From NCBI RefSeq assembly GCF_009914755.1, contig NC_060940.1: a DNA stretch of 64,000 bases. One strand, 5' to 3'. Below the pieces are notes generated by a model. That model worked only from the letters and a program-made list of their open reading frames with translations. It had not been told where the DNA came from and ran no database searches. This document shows positions 41,601-56,795 of the stretch, in pieces (the first letter of the stretch is position 1; every line of letters starts with the position of its first letter). This stretch comes from the human T2T-CHM13v2.0 reference genome, Homo sapiens. Both the position numbers and the translations under genes were made by a program.

Positions 41601-44571
41601 TCCATTCGATCACTCCATTCTATTCCATTTGATGATGATTACATTCGATTCCATTTGATGATTCCATCTGATTCTATTCGAGGATTCCATTTGATTCCAT
41701 TCGATGATGATTCCATTCGAGTGCATTCGATGATTTCATTCGAGTACATCCACTGATTCCATTCGAGTCCATTTGATGATTCCATTTAATTCCATTTGAT
41801 TATGATTCGACTAGAGTCCATTCAATGACTCCATTCGAATCCATTCAACAATTCCATTCGAGGCCATTCGATGATTCCATTTCATGATTCCATTCGAGTC
41901 CATTTAATCATTACAGTCGAGTCCATTTGGTGATTCCACTGGATTTCTTTTGATAATGATACCATTCAATTACATTTGATGATGATCCCATTCAATTTCA
42001 TTTGATGGTGATTCCATTAGAGTCCATTCGATGATTTCATTCGAGTCCCTTCAGTGATTCCATCCGATTTCATTTGATGATGACTCCATTCGAGTCCATT
42101 CGATGATTCCACTCGATTCCATCAGATGGTTCCATTGGAGTCCATTTGATTGTTCCATTCGATTCTATTCAATTCCTTTCGAAGATTATTCCATTTGAGT
42201 CCATTCGATGATGATTCCATTCCATTCCATTCGATGATTCCGTTTGATTCCATTCGATGATTCCCTTCGATTCCTTTCTTTGATGATTCCATTCCATTCC
42301 ATTCAATGATTCCATTCGAATCTATTCCATGATGATTCCTTTCGATTCCATTCGCTGATGTTTCCGTTCAATTCCATTCGATGATGATTCCATTCGATTC
42401 CATTCATTGAGGATTCCATTTGATTCCATTCAATGATGATTCCGTTCTATTCCATTCAATGATTGCATTCAATTCCATTCAATGATTATCCCCTTAGAGT
42501 AAACTCAACGATTCCATTCAATACCATTCGATGATGATTCCTTTTGAGTCCATTCAATGATTTCATTCAAGTCCATTTGATGATTCCTTTCAATTCCATT
42601 CTATGATGATTCCATTCGAGTCCATTCGATGATTCCATTCGATTGCATTCGATGATTCCATTATATTCCATTCAACAATGATTCCATTCGAGTCCATTCG
42701 ATGATTCCATTAGAGTACATTTAATGATTGCTTTGTTTTCAATTCGAAGATGATTACATTGGATTCCATTCTATGATACCATTCGATTCCATTCAATGAT
42801 GATTCCACTCAAATCCATTGGATGATTCCATTCGTGTCCATTCGGTGATTTCATTAGATTCCATTCGAGGATGATTCCATTCGATTCCATTCGATGATTC
42901 CATTCAATTCCATTCTATGATGATTCCATTCCAGTCCATATGATCATTCCATTTGATTTCATTCGATGATGATTCCATTCGATTCCATTCGATGATTCCA
43001 TTCTATTCCATTCGATGATGATTCCATTCGAGTCCATTCGATGATTCCATTCGAGTCCATTTAATGATTCCATTGGGTTCAATTCAATGATGATTACATT
43101 GGATTCCGTTCTATGATTCCATTCAATTCCGTTCATTGACAATTTGATTCCATTCGATGATGATTCCATTTGAGTTCATTCGATGATTCTATTCGATTCT
43201 CTTCGATGGTGATTCAATTCTATTATATTGGATGATTCCATTCGATTCCATTTGATGTTGATTCAATTCGATTCTATTCGATGATGATTCCATTGGATTT
43301 CACTTGATGATTCTATTCGATTCCATTCAATGATGATTCACTTCTCGTCCATTGGATGATTCCATTTCATTCCATTCGATGATGATTCCATTCGATTCCA
43401 TTCGATGATTCCATTTGATTCCATGCGTCGGTGAGCAATTCGATTCAATTCCATGATGATTCTATTTGATTCAATTAGATGATGTTTCCATTCGAATCCA
43501 TTCCATGATTATTCCATTGGAATCCATTCGGCGATGATTCCATATGAGTCAATTCAATGATGATTCAATATGGGTCCGTTCGATGATAATTCCATTTGAT
43601 TTCATTCGGTGCTTCTATTCAATTCCAGTCGATGATGATTCCGTTGGAGTCCATACGATGATTCCATTTGATTTCATTTGATGATGATTCCATTCGATGA
43701 TGATTACATTGGATTCCATTCTATGATTCCATTCAATTCCATTCGTTGATGATTCGATTCCATTCAATGATGATTCCATTTGAGTTCATTCGATGATTCT
43801 ATTCGATTCCGTTCGATGGTGATTCAATTCTCTTATATTGGATGAATCCACTCGATTCCATTTGATGATTATTCCATTGGAGTCCACTTAGTGAATCCTT
43901 CAGATTCTACTCGAAGATGATTCCATTCAAGTCCATTCGATGATACCATTCAATTCCATTCGTTGATGCTTCCATTCAAGTGCATTCGATGATATCATTC
44001 GATTCCATTTGATGATAATTCCATTTGATTCCATGCGATGATTCTATTCGATTCCATTCAATGATAATTCCATTCAGTTCAGTGATTCCTCTGGACTCCA
44101 TTTGATGATGATTCCATTCAATGATTCCATTCGATTCTATTCGAAAGTGATTCCATTTGAATCCATTTGATGATGATTCCATTAGATTCCATTTGATGAT
44201 TCCATTCGATTCCATGCGACGATGATTCCATTCGATTCCATGTGATGATTCCATTCTATTCTATTCGATGATGATTCCATTCGATTCCATTCGATGATGA
44301 TTGGATTCGATTCCATTTGATGATATCATTTGATTCCATTCGTTAATGATTTCGATCAATTCCATTCGATGATTCCATTCGATTCCATTCGATGATGATT
44401 GGATTTGATTCCATTTGATGATTTCATTTGATTCCATTCGTTAATGATTTTGATCAATTCCATTCGATGATTCCATTCGATTCCATTCGATAATGATTAC
44501 ATCCGAGTCCATTCGATGATTCCATTTGAGCCTGTTCGATAATTCCTTTTGAGTCCAACCAATGATTCCAT
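38621..44571 (+). repeat. Unit 8: second multi-deletion variant (5951 bp)
   Basis: Shares -3, +16, +3, -72, -23, -170, -10 with unit 5, lacks the +49, and has a +98 duplication: 6112-259+98=5951. Confidence 0.9.
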
Positions 44572-47500
44572 TCATTTCCATTCAATGATTCCATTCGAGT
44601 CCATTTGATCATTCCAGTAGGGTCCATTCGACGTTGATTCCATTGGAGTGCATTCGATGATTCCATTCGAGTCCATTTTAGGATTTGATTCGAGTCCTTT
44701 CGATGATTCCATTCGATTCCACTCGATGATGATTTCATTCGAGTCCATTCGACACTTCCAATCGATTCCATTTGATGTTTCCATTCGAGTCCAATTGATG
44801 ATTCCATTCAATTCCATTCGATGATGATTCCGTACGATTCCATTCTGTGATGATTCCATGTGATTGCATTCAATGATGATTCCTTTAGATTGCATTCGAT
44901 TGTGATTCATTTCGTCTTCATTCTATGGTTCCACAGGTTTCCATTCGTGTCCATTCCATTATTCCATTCTATTCCATTTGATGATGATTCCATTCGATTC
45001 CATTCATTGGTGATTCCACTCAATTCCATTCAATGATTCCATTCCATTTCTTTCAACAATGATTCCATTAGTTTCTATTCGGTGATCCACTTGATTCCAT
45101 TTGACGACGATTCCATTCGTGTCCATTCGATGATTCCATTTGATTCCATATGATGATGATTCCATTCGATTCCATACGATGATGATTCCATTCGAGTCCA
45201 TTCAATGGTGATTCCATTCAATTCCATTCGATGATTCCTTTCGATTCCATTCGATGATGATGGCATTCGATTCCTTTCAATCATTCCCTTTGATTCCATT
45301 CAAAGGTGATTTCATTCAAGTCCATTCGATAATTGCATTCGATTCCATTCTATGATGATTCCATTCGAGTCCATTTGATGATTCCATTCAATTCAAGTCA
45401 ATGATGATTCCATTCGATTCCATTCGATGATTCCATTGGATTCCATTCGATGATGATTCCATTCAAATCCATTCGATAATTCAATTCAAGTCCATTCGAT
45501 GATGATTAAAATCGAATCCATTCAAAGATTCCATTCAGTTCCATTCGATGATTCCCTTAGATTCCATTCGATGATTCCACTTGATTTCATTTACGATGAT
45601 TCCATTCGATTCCATGTGATGATTCCATTCAATTCTATTCAATGCTGTTTCCATTTCTTTCCATTCGACCATGATTGCCTTTGATTCCATTCAATGACTC
45701 CATTCGGTTCCTTTTGATGATGATTCCGTTCGATTCCATTTCATTATTCCATTTGATTCCATTGGATGAGTCCATTCGATTACATTCGATGATTATTCCA
45801 TTCGAGTGCATTAGATGATTCCATTCGAGTCCATTCGATGATTCCATTCGATTCCATTCGATGTTGATTCTGTTCAAATCCATTCGATGATTCCACTCGA
45901 TTCCATTCGATGACTCCAGTTGATCCCATTCGATGATTTCCTTTGATTCCCTTTGATGATCATTCCATTTGATTCAATTCGGTGATTTCATTTGATTCCA
46001 TTCAGTGATGTTTCCATTCGACTCCATTCGATGATGATTCCATTCGACTCCATTCGATTATGATTTCATTCAATTCCATTCGATAATGATTCCCTTCGAG
46101 TCCATTCGATGATTCCATTCGATTCCATTCAACGATGATTTGATTCGTGTCCATTCGATGATTCCATTTGATTCCACTTGATGATGATTCCATTCGAGTC
46201 CATTTGATGATTCCATTCAATTCCATTCTCCGATGATTTCTTTTGAGCCCATTCAATGCTTCCACTCGATTCCATATGATGATGACTCCATTCGATGAAA
46301 TTCGATGATGATTCCATTCGCTTGCATTCGATGATGATTCCACTTGAGTCCATTAGAAGATTCTATTCAATTACATTCCATGACGATTCCGTTCGAGTCC
46401 ATTTGATGATTCCATTAGACTCCATTCGACGATGATTCCATTCGATGTTATTCGATGATTCCATTCGATCTCATTCGATGATGATTCCATTCAACTCCAT
46501 TCGATGTTTCCATTCGAGTTCATTCTATTATTCCATTAGATTCCATTCGATGATGATTCCATTCGATTCCATTTGATGATTGCATTCTATTTCATTTGAT
46601 GATGATTCCATTCGAGTCCACTCGATGATTCCATTCGAGTCCATTTAATGAATCCATTGGTTTCAATTCTATGATGATTACATTGGATTCCATTCGTTGA
46701 TGATTTCATTCGGTTCCATTCAATGATGATTCCATTCAATTCCTTTCAATGTTTCCATTCAATTCCATACGATGATGATTCCATTTGATTTGATTCGACA
46801 GTGAGCCATTCGATTCAATTCCATGATGATTCTATTTGATTCCATTGGTTGACATTTCCATTCGATTCCATTCGATGATGATTCCCTTTGATTCCATTCA
46901 AAGATGATTCCATTCTAGCCCATTCAATCATTCCATTCGAATCTATTCAATGATGATTCCATTCATGTCGATTTGGTGATTCCATTTGACTTCATTTGAT
47001 GATGATTCCTTTCAAGTTCATTAGATGATTCCATTCGATTCCATTTGATGATGATCCCATTCGAGTCCATTCAGTGATTCCACTCGTTTCCATTCCATGA
47101 TGATTCCATTCCATTCCATGCAATGATTCCATTCGATTCCGTTTGATGATGATTTCATTCGAGTCCATTTGATGATTCCATTTGATTCCATTCGATGATG
47201 ATTCCATTCGAGTCCATTCGATGATTCTATTCGAATCCATTTGATGATTTCTTTTGATTATAGTTGGTGATGATTCCATTGGAGTCCATTCAATGATTCC
47301 ATTCGATTCCAATCGATGGTGATTCCATTAGAGTCCATTTAATGATTCCATTTGATTCCAGTCTCTGATGATTACATTCGAGTCCATACGATGATTCCAC
47401 TCAATTCCATATGATGATGATTCCATTCGATTCCATTCGATGATTCCATTCTATTCTATTCAATGGTGATTCCATTCGAGTACATTAGATGATTCCATTC

Positions 47501-50500
47501 GATTCCATTCAATGATGATTCTATTTGTGTCCCTTAGATGATTCCACATGATTCCATTAGATGATGATACTATTTGAGCCCATCCAATGATTCCCTTCGA
47601 TTCCATTCGATGAGGATTCCATTCGATTCAATTCATTGGTGATTCTATTCAATTCAATTCTTTGATTCCATTCCATTCCATTCGACAATGATTCCATTCG
47701 ATTTCTTTCGATGATTCCACTCGATTCCACTTGACATTGATTCCCTTCGATTCCATTCAATGATTCCATTTGATTCCAGTGGATGATGATTGCCATCGAT
47801 TCCATTTGATCACTCCATTCTATTCCACTTGATGATGATTACATTCGATTCCATTTGACGATTCCATCTGATTCTATTCGAGGATTCCATTTGATTCCAT
47901 TCGATGATGATTCCATTCGAGTCCATTCGATGATATCATTCGAATACATCCAATGATTCCATTCGAGTCCATTTGATGATTCCATTTGATTCCATTTGAT
48001 AATGATTCTACTAGAGTCCATTCAATGACTCCATTGGAGTCCATTCAACAATTCCATTCGACTCCATTTGATGATTCCATTGGATTCCATTTGATGATTC
48101 CATTCGAGTCCATTTAATCATTACAGTCGAGTCCATTTGGTGATTCCACCGGATTTCTTTTGATAATGATACCATTCAATTACATTTGATGATGATCCCA
48201 TTCAATTTCATTTGATGATGATTCCATTAGAGTCTATTCGATGATTTCATTCGAGTCCCTTCATTGATTCCATCCGATTTCATTGGATGATGACTCCATT
48301 CGAGTCCATTCGATGATTCCACTCGATTCCATTAGATGATTCCATTGGAGTCCATTTCATTGTTCCATTCGATTCCATTCGATTCCTTTCGAAGATTATT
48401 CCATTTGAGTCCATTCGATGATGATTCCATTCCATTCCATTCGATGATTCCGTTTGATTCCATTCGATGATTCCCTTCGATTCCTTTCTTTGATGATTCC
48501 ATTCCATTCCATTCAATGATTCCATTCGAATCTATTCCATGATGATTCCTTTCGATTCCATTCGCTGATGATTCCGTTCAATTCCATTCGATGATGATTC
48601 CATTCGATTCCATTCATTGAGGATTCCATTTGATTCCATTCAATGATGATTCCGTTCTATTCCATTCAATGATTGCATTCAATTCCATTCAGTGATTATC
48701 CCCTTAGAGTAAACTCAACGATTCCATTCAATACCATTCGATGATGATTCCTTTTGAGTCCATTCAATGATTTCATTCAAGTCCATTTGATGATTCCTTT
48801 CAATTCCATTCTATGATGATTCCATTCGAGTCCATTCGATGATTCCATTCGATTGCATTTGATGATTACATTATATTCCAGTCAACGATGATTCCATTCG
48901 AGTCCATTCGATGATTCCATTAGAGTACATTTAATGATTGCTTTGTTTTCAATTCGAAGATGATTACATTGGATTCCATTCTATGATACCATTCGATTCC
49001 ATTCAATGATGATTCCACTCAAATCCATTGGATGATTCCATTCTTGTCCATTCGGTGATTTCATTAGATTCCATTCGAGGATGATTCCATTCGATTCCAT
49101 TCGATGATTCCATTCAATTCCATTCGAGGATGATTCTATTCCAGTCCATATGATCATTCCATTTGATTTCATTCGATGATGATTCCATTCGATTCCATTC
49201 GATGATTCCATTCTATTCCATTCGATGATGATTCCATTCGAGTCCATTCGATGATTCCATTCGAGTCCATTTAATGATTCCATTGGGTTCAATTCAATGA
49301 TGATTACATTGGATTCCGTTCTATGATTCCATTCAATTCCGTTCATTGACAATTTGATTCCATTCGATGATGATTCCATTTGAGTTCATTCGATGATTCT
49401 ATTCGATTCTCTTCGATGGTGATTCAATTCTATTATATTGGATGATTCCATTCGATTCCATTTGATGTTGATTCAATTCGATTCTATTCGATGATGATTC
49501 CATTGGATTTCACTTGATGATTCTATTCGATTCCATTCAATGATGATTCACTTCTCGTCCATTGGATGATTCCATTTCATTCCATTCGATGATGATTCCA
49601 TTCGATTCCATTCGATGATTCCATTTGATTCCATGCGTTGGTGAGCAATTCGATTCAATTCCATGATGATTCTATTTGATTCAATTAGATGATGTTTCCA
49701 TTCGAATCCATTCCATGATTATTCCATTGGAATCCATTCGGCGATGATTCCATATGAGTCAATTCAATGATGATTCCATATGGGTCCGTTCGATGATAAT
49801 TCCATTAGATTTCATTCGGTGCTTCTATTCAATTCCAGTCGATGATGATTCCGTTGGAGTCCATACGATGATTCCATTTGATTTCATTTGATGATGATTC
49901 CATTCGATGATGATTACATTGGATTCCATTCTATGATTCCATTCAATTCCATTCGTTGATGATTCGATTCCATTCAATGATGATTCCATTTGAGTTCATT
50001 CGATGATTCTATTCGATTCCGTTCGATGGTGATTCAATTCTCTTATATTGGATGAATCCACTCGATTCCATTTGATGATTATTCCATTGGAGTCCACTTA
50101 GTGAATCCTTCAGATTCTACTCGAAGATGATTCCATTCAAGTCCATTCGATGATACCATTCAATTCCATTCGTTGATGCTTCCATTCAAGTGCATTCGAT
50201 GATATCATTCGATTCCATTTGATGATAATTCCATTTGATTCCATGCGATGATTCTATTCGATTCCATTCAATGATAATTCCATTCAGTTCAGTGATTCCT
50301 CTGGACTCCATTTGATGATGATTCCATTCAATGATTCCATTCGATTCTATTCGAAAGTGATTCCATTTGAATCCATTTGATGATGATTCCATTAGATTCC
50401 ATTTGATGATTCCATTCGATTCCATGCGACGATGATTCCATTCGATTCCATGTGATGATTCCATTCTATTCTATTCGATGATGATTCCATTCGATTCCAT

Positions 50501-50683
50501 TCGATGATGATTGGATTCGATTCCATTTGATGATATCATTTGATTCCATTCGTTAATGATTTCGATCAATTCCATTCGATGATTCCATTCGATTCCATTC
50601 GATAATGATTACATCCGTGTCCATTCAGTGATTCCATTTGAGCCTGTTCGATAATTCCATTTGAGTCCAACCAATGATTCCAT
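44572..50683 (+). repeat. Unit 9, standard 6112 bp
   Basis: ORF marks are offset 6112 from the next unit. Confidence 0.93.
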
Positions 50684-53600
50684 TCATTTCCATTCAATGA
50701 TTCCATTCGAGTCCATTTGATCATTCCGGTAGGGTCCATTCGATGTTGATTCCATTGGAGTGCATTCGATGATTCCATTCGAGTCCATTTTACGATTTGA
50801 TTCGAGTCCTTTCGATGATTCCATTCGATTCCACTCGATGATGATTTCATTCGAGTCCATTCGACACTTCCAATCGATTCCATTTGATGTTTCCATTCGA
50901 GTCCAATTGATGATTCCATTCAATTCCATTCGATGATGATTCCGTACGATTCCATTCTGTGATGATTCCATGTGATTGCATTCAATGATGATTCCTTTAG
51001 ATTGCATTCGATTGTGATTCATTTCGTCTTCGTTCTATGGTTCCACAGGTTTCCATTCGTGTCCATTCCATTATTCCATTCTATTCCATTTGATGATGAT
51101 TCCATTCGATTCCATTCATTGGTGATTCCACTCAATTCCATTCAATGATTCCATTCCATTTCTTTCAACAATGATTCCATTAGTTTCTAATCGATGATCC
51201 ACTTGATTCCATTTGACGACGATTCCATTCTTGTCCATTCGATGATTCCATTTGATTCCATATGATGATGATTCCATTCGATTCCATACGATGATGATTC
51301 CATTCGAGTCCATTCAATGGTGATTCCATTCAATTCCATTCGATGATTCCTTTCGATTCCATTCGATGATGATGGCATTCGATTCCTTTCAATCATTCCC
51401 TTTGATTGCATTGAAAGGTGATTTCATTCAAGTCCATTCGATAATTGCATTCGATTCCATTCTATGATGATTCCATTCGAGTCCATTTGATGATTCCATT
51501 CAATTCAAGTCAATGATGATTCCATTCGATTCCATTCGATGATTCCATTGGATTCCATTCGATGATGATTCCATTCAAATCCATTCGATAATTCAATTCA
51601 AGTCCATTCGATGATGATTAAAATCGAATCTATTCAAAGATTCCATTCAGTTGCATTCGATGATTCCCTTAGATTCCATTCGATGATTCCACTTGATTTC
51701 ATTTACGATGATTCCATTCGATTCCATGTGATGATTCCATTCAATTCTATTCAATGCTGTTTCCATTTGATTCCATTCGACCATGATTGCCTTTGATTCC
51801 ATTCAATGACTCCATTCGGTTCCTTTTGATGATGATTCCGTTCGATTCCATTTCATTATTCCATTTGATTCCATTGGATGAGTCCATTCGATTACATTCG
51901 ATGATTATTCCATTCGAGTGCATTAGATGATTCCATTCGAGTCCATTCGATGATTCCATTCGATTCCATTCGATGTTGATTCTGTTCAAATCCATTCGAT
52001 GATTCCACTCGATTCCATTCGATGACTCCAGTTGATCCCATTCGATGATTTCCTTTGATTCCCTTTGATGATCATTCCATTTGATTCAATTCGGTGATTT
52101 CATTTGATTCCATTCAGTGATGTTTCCATTCGACTCCATTCGATGATGATTCCATTCGACTCCATTCGATTATGATTTCATTCAATTCCATTCGATAATG
52201 ATTCCCTTCGAGTCCATTCGATGATTCCATTCGATTCCATTCAACGATGATTTGATTCGTGTCCATTCGATGATTCCATTTGATTCCACTTGATGATGAT
52301 TCCATTCGAGTCCATTTGATGATTCCATTCAATTCCATTCTCCGATGATTTCTTTTGAGCCCATTCAATGCTTCCACTCGATTCCATATGATGATGACTC
52401 CATTCGATGAAATTCGATGATGATTCCATTCGCTTGCATTCGATGATGATTCCACTTGAGTCCATTAGAAGATTCTATTCAATTACATTCCATGACGATT
52501 CCGTTCGAGTCCATTTGATGATTCCATTAGACTCCATTCGACGATGATTCCATTCGATGTTATTCGATGATTCCATTCGATCTCATTCGATGATGATTCC
52601 ATTCAACTCCATTCGATGTTTCCATTCGAGTTCATTCTATTATTCCATTAGATTCCATTCGATGATGATTCCATTCGATTCCATTTGATGATTGCATTCT
52701 ATTTCATTTGATGATGATTCCATTCGAGTCCACTCGATGATTCCATTCGAGTCCATTTAATGAATCCATTGGTTTCAATTCTATGATGATTACATTGGAT
52801 TCCATTCGTTGATGATTTCATTCGGTTCCATTCAATGATGATTCAATTCAATTCCTTTCAATGTTTCCATTCAATTCCATACGATGATGATTCCATTTGA
52901 TTTGATTCGACAGTGAGCCATTCGATTCAATTCCATGATGATTCTATTTGATTCCATTGGTTGACATTTCCATTCGATTCCATTCGATGATGATTCCCTT
53001 TGATTCCATTCAAAGATGATTCCATTCTAGCCCATTCAATCATTCCATTCGAATCTATTCAATGATGATTCCATTCATGTCGATTTCGTGATTCCATTTG
53101 ACTTCATTTGATGATGATTCCTTTCAAGTTCATTAGATGATTCCATTCGATTCCATTTGATGATGATCCCATTCGAGTCCATTCAGTGATTCCACTCGTT
53201 TCCATTCCATGATGATTCCATTCCATTCCATGCAATGATTCCATTCGATTCCGTTTGATGATGATTTCATTCGAGTCCATTTGATGATTCCATTTGATTC
53301 CATTCGATGATGATTCCATTCGAGTCCATTCGATGATTCTATTCGAATCCATTTGATGATTTCTTTTGATTATAGTTGGTGATGATTCCATTGGAGTCCA
53401 TTCAATGATTCCATTCGATTCCAATCGATGGTGATTCCATTAGAGTCCATTTAATGATTCCATTTGATTCCAGTCTCTGATGATTACATTCGAGTCCATA
53501 CGATGATTCCACTCAATTCCATATCATGATGATTCCATTCGATTCCATTCGATGATTCCATTCTATTCTATTCAATGGTGATTCCATTCGAGTACATTAG

Positions 53601-56600
53601 ATGATTCCATTCGATTCCATTCAGTGATGATTCTATTTGTGTCCCTTAGATGATTCCACATGATTCCATTAGATGATGATACTATTTGAGCCCATCCAAT
53701 GATTCCCTTCGATTCCATTCGATGAGGATTCCATTCGATTCAATTCATTGGTGATTCTATTCAATTCAATTCTTTGATTCCATTCCATTCCATTCGACAA
53801 TGATTCCATTCGATTTCTTTCGATGATTCCACTCGATTCCACTTGACATTGATTCCCTTCGATTCCATTCAATGATTCCATTTGATTCCAGTGGATGATG
53901 ATTGCCATCGATTCCATTTGATCACTCCATTCTATTCCACTTGATGATGATTACATTCGATTCCATTTGACGATTCCATCTGATTCTATTCGAGGATTCC
54001 ATTTGATTCCATTCGATGATGATTCCATTCGAGTCCATTCGATGATATCATTCGAGTACATCCAATGATTCCATTCGAGTCCATTTGATGATTCCATTTG
54101 ATTCCATTTGATAATGATTCTACTAGAGTCCATTCAATGACTCCATTGGAGTCCATTCAACAATTCCATTCGACTCCATTTGATGATTCCATTGGATTCC
54201 ATTTGATGATTCCATTCGAGTCCATTTAATCATTACAGTCGAGTCCATTTGGTGATTCCACCGGATTTCTTTTGATAATGATACCATTCAATTACATTTG
54301 ATGATGATCCCATTCAATTTCATTTGATGATGATTCCATTAGAGTCCATTCGATGATTTCATTCGAGTCCCTTCATTGATTCCATCCGATTTCATTGGAT
54401 GATGACTCCATTCGAGTCCATTCGATGATTCCACTCGATTCCATTAGATGATTCCATTGGAGTCCATTTGATTGTTCCATTCGATTCCATTCGATTCCTT
54501 TCGAAGATTATTCCATTTGAGTCCATTCGATGATGATTCCATTCCATTCCATTCGATGATTCCGTTTGATTCCATTTGATGATTCCCTTCGATTCCTTTC
54601 TTTGATGATTCCATTCCATTCCATTCAATGATTCCATTCGAATCTATTCCATGATGATTCCTTTCGATTCCATTCGCTGATGTTTCCGTTCAATTCCATT
54701 CGATGATGATTCCATTCGATTCCATTCATTGAGGATTCCATTTGATTCCATTCAATGATGATTCCGTTCTATTCCATTCAATGATTGCATTCAATTCCAT
54801 TAAGTGATTATCCCCTTAGAGTAAACTCAACGATTCCATTCAATACCATTCGATGATGATTCCTTTTGAGTCCATTCAATGATTTCATTCAAGTCCATTT
54901 GATGATTCCTTTGAATTCCATTCTATGATGATTCCATTCGAGTCCATTCGATGATTCCATTCGATTGCATTCGATGATTCCATTATATTCCAGTCAACGA
55001 TGATTCCATTCGAGTCCATTCGATGATTCCATTAGAGTACATTTAATGATTGCTTTGTTTTCAATTCGAAGATGATTACATTGGATTCCATTCTATGATA
55101 CCATTCGATTCCATTCAATGATGATTCCACTCAAATCCATTGGATGATTCCATTCGTGTCCATTCGGTGATTTCATTAGATTCCATTCGAGGATGATTCC
55201 ATTCGATTCCATTCGATGATTCCATTCAATTCCATTCGAGGATGATTCCATTCCAGTCCATATGATCATTCCATTTGATTTCATTCGATGATGATTCCAT
55301 TCGATTCCATTCGATGATTCCATTCTATTCCATTCGATGATGATTCCATTCGAGTCCATTCGATGATTCCATTCGAGTCCATTTAATGATTCCATTGGGT
55401 TCAATTCAATGATGATTACATTGGATTCCGTTCTATGATTCCATTCAATTCCGTTCATTGACAATTTGATTCCATTCGATGATGATTCCATTTGAGTTCA
55501 TTCGATGATTCTATTCGATTCTCTTCGATGGTGATTCAATTCTATTATATTGGATGATTCCATTCGATTCCATTTGATGTTGATTCAATTCGATTCTATT
55601 CGATGATGATTCCATTGGATTTCACTTGATGATTCTATTCGATTCCATTCAATGATGATTCACTTCTCGTCCATTGGATGATTCCATTTCATTCCATTCG
55701 ATGATGATTCCATTCGATTCCATTCGATGATTCCATTTGATTCCATGCGTCGGTGAGCAATTCGATTCAATTCCATGATGATTCTATTTGATTCAATTAG
55801 ATGATGTTTCCATTCGAATCCATTCCATGATTATTCCATTGGAATCCATTCGGTGATGATTCCATATGAGTCAATTCAATGATGATTCCATATGGGTCCG
55901 TTCGATGATAATTCCATTTGATTTCATTCGGTGCTTCTATTCAATTCCAGTCGATGATGATTCCGTTGGAGTCCATACGATGATTCCATTTGATTTCATT
56001 TGATGATGATTCCATTCGATGATGATTACATTGGATTCCATTCTATGATTCCATTCAATTCCATTCGTTGATGATTCGATTCCATTCAATGATGATTCCA
56101 TTTGAGTTCATTCGATGATTCTATTCGATTCCGTTCGATGGTGATTCAATTCTCTTATATTGGATGAATCCACTCGATTCCATTTGATGATTATTCCATT
56201 GGAGTCCACTTAGTGAATCCTTCAGATTCTACTCGAAGATGATTCCATTCAAGTCCATTCGATGATACCATTCAATTCCATTCGTTGATGCTTCCATTCA
56301 AGTGCATTCGATGATATCATTCGATTCCATTTGATGATAATTCCATTTGATTCCGTGCGATGATTCTATTCGATTCCATTCAATGATAATTCCATTCAGT
56401 TCAGTGATTCCTCTGGACTCCATTTGATGATGATTCCATTCAATGATTCCATTCGATTCTATTCGAAAGTGATTCCATTTGAATCCATTTGATGATGATT
56501 CCATTAGATTCCATTTGATGATTCCATTCGATTCCATGCGACGATGATTCCATTCGATTCCATGTGATGATTCCATTCTATTCTATTCGATGATGATTCC

Positions 56601-56795
56601 ATTCGATTCCATTCGATGATGATTGGATTCGATTCCATTTGATGATATCATTTGATTCCATTCGTTAATGATTTCGATCAATTCCATTCGATGATTCCAT
56701 TCGATTCCATTCGATAATGATTACATCCGTGTCCATTCAGTGATTCCATTTGAGCCTGTTCGATAATTCCATTTGAGTCCAACCAATGATTCCAT
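50684..56795 (+). repeat. Unit 10, standard 6112 bp
   Basis: ORF marks are offset 6112 on both sides. Confidence 0.93.

Larger units (their letters stand above)
12341..44571 (+). repeat. Two tandem copies of a ~16.1 kb three-unit super-repeat (6.1 + 4.1 + 5.9 kb); boundaries approximate
   Basis: Unit lengths run 6063/4119/5902 then 6102/4094/5951. Anchor offsets are 16084, 16123, 16098 and 16147. The copies share indels and SNP alleles. Confidence 0.85.
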
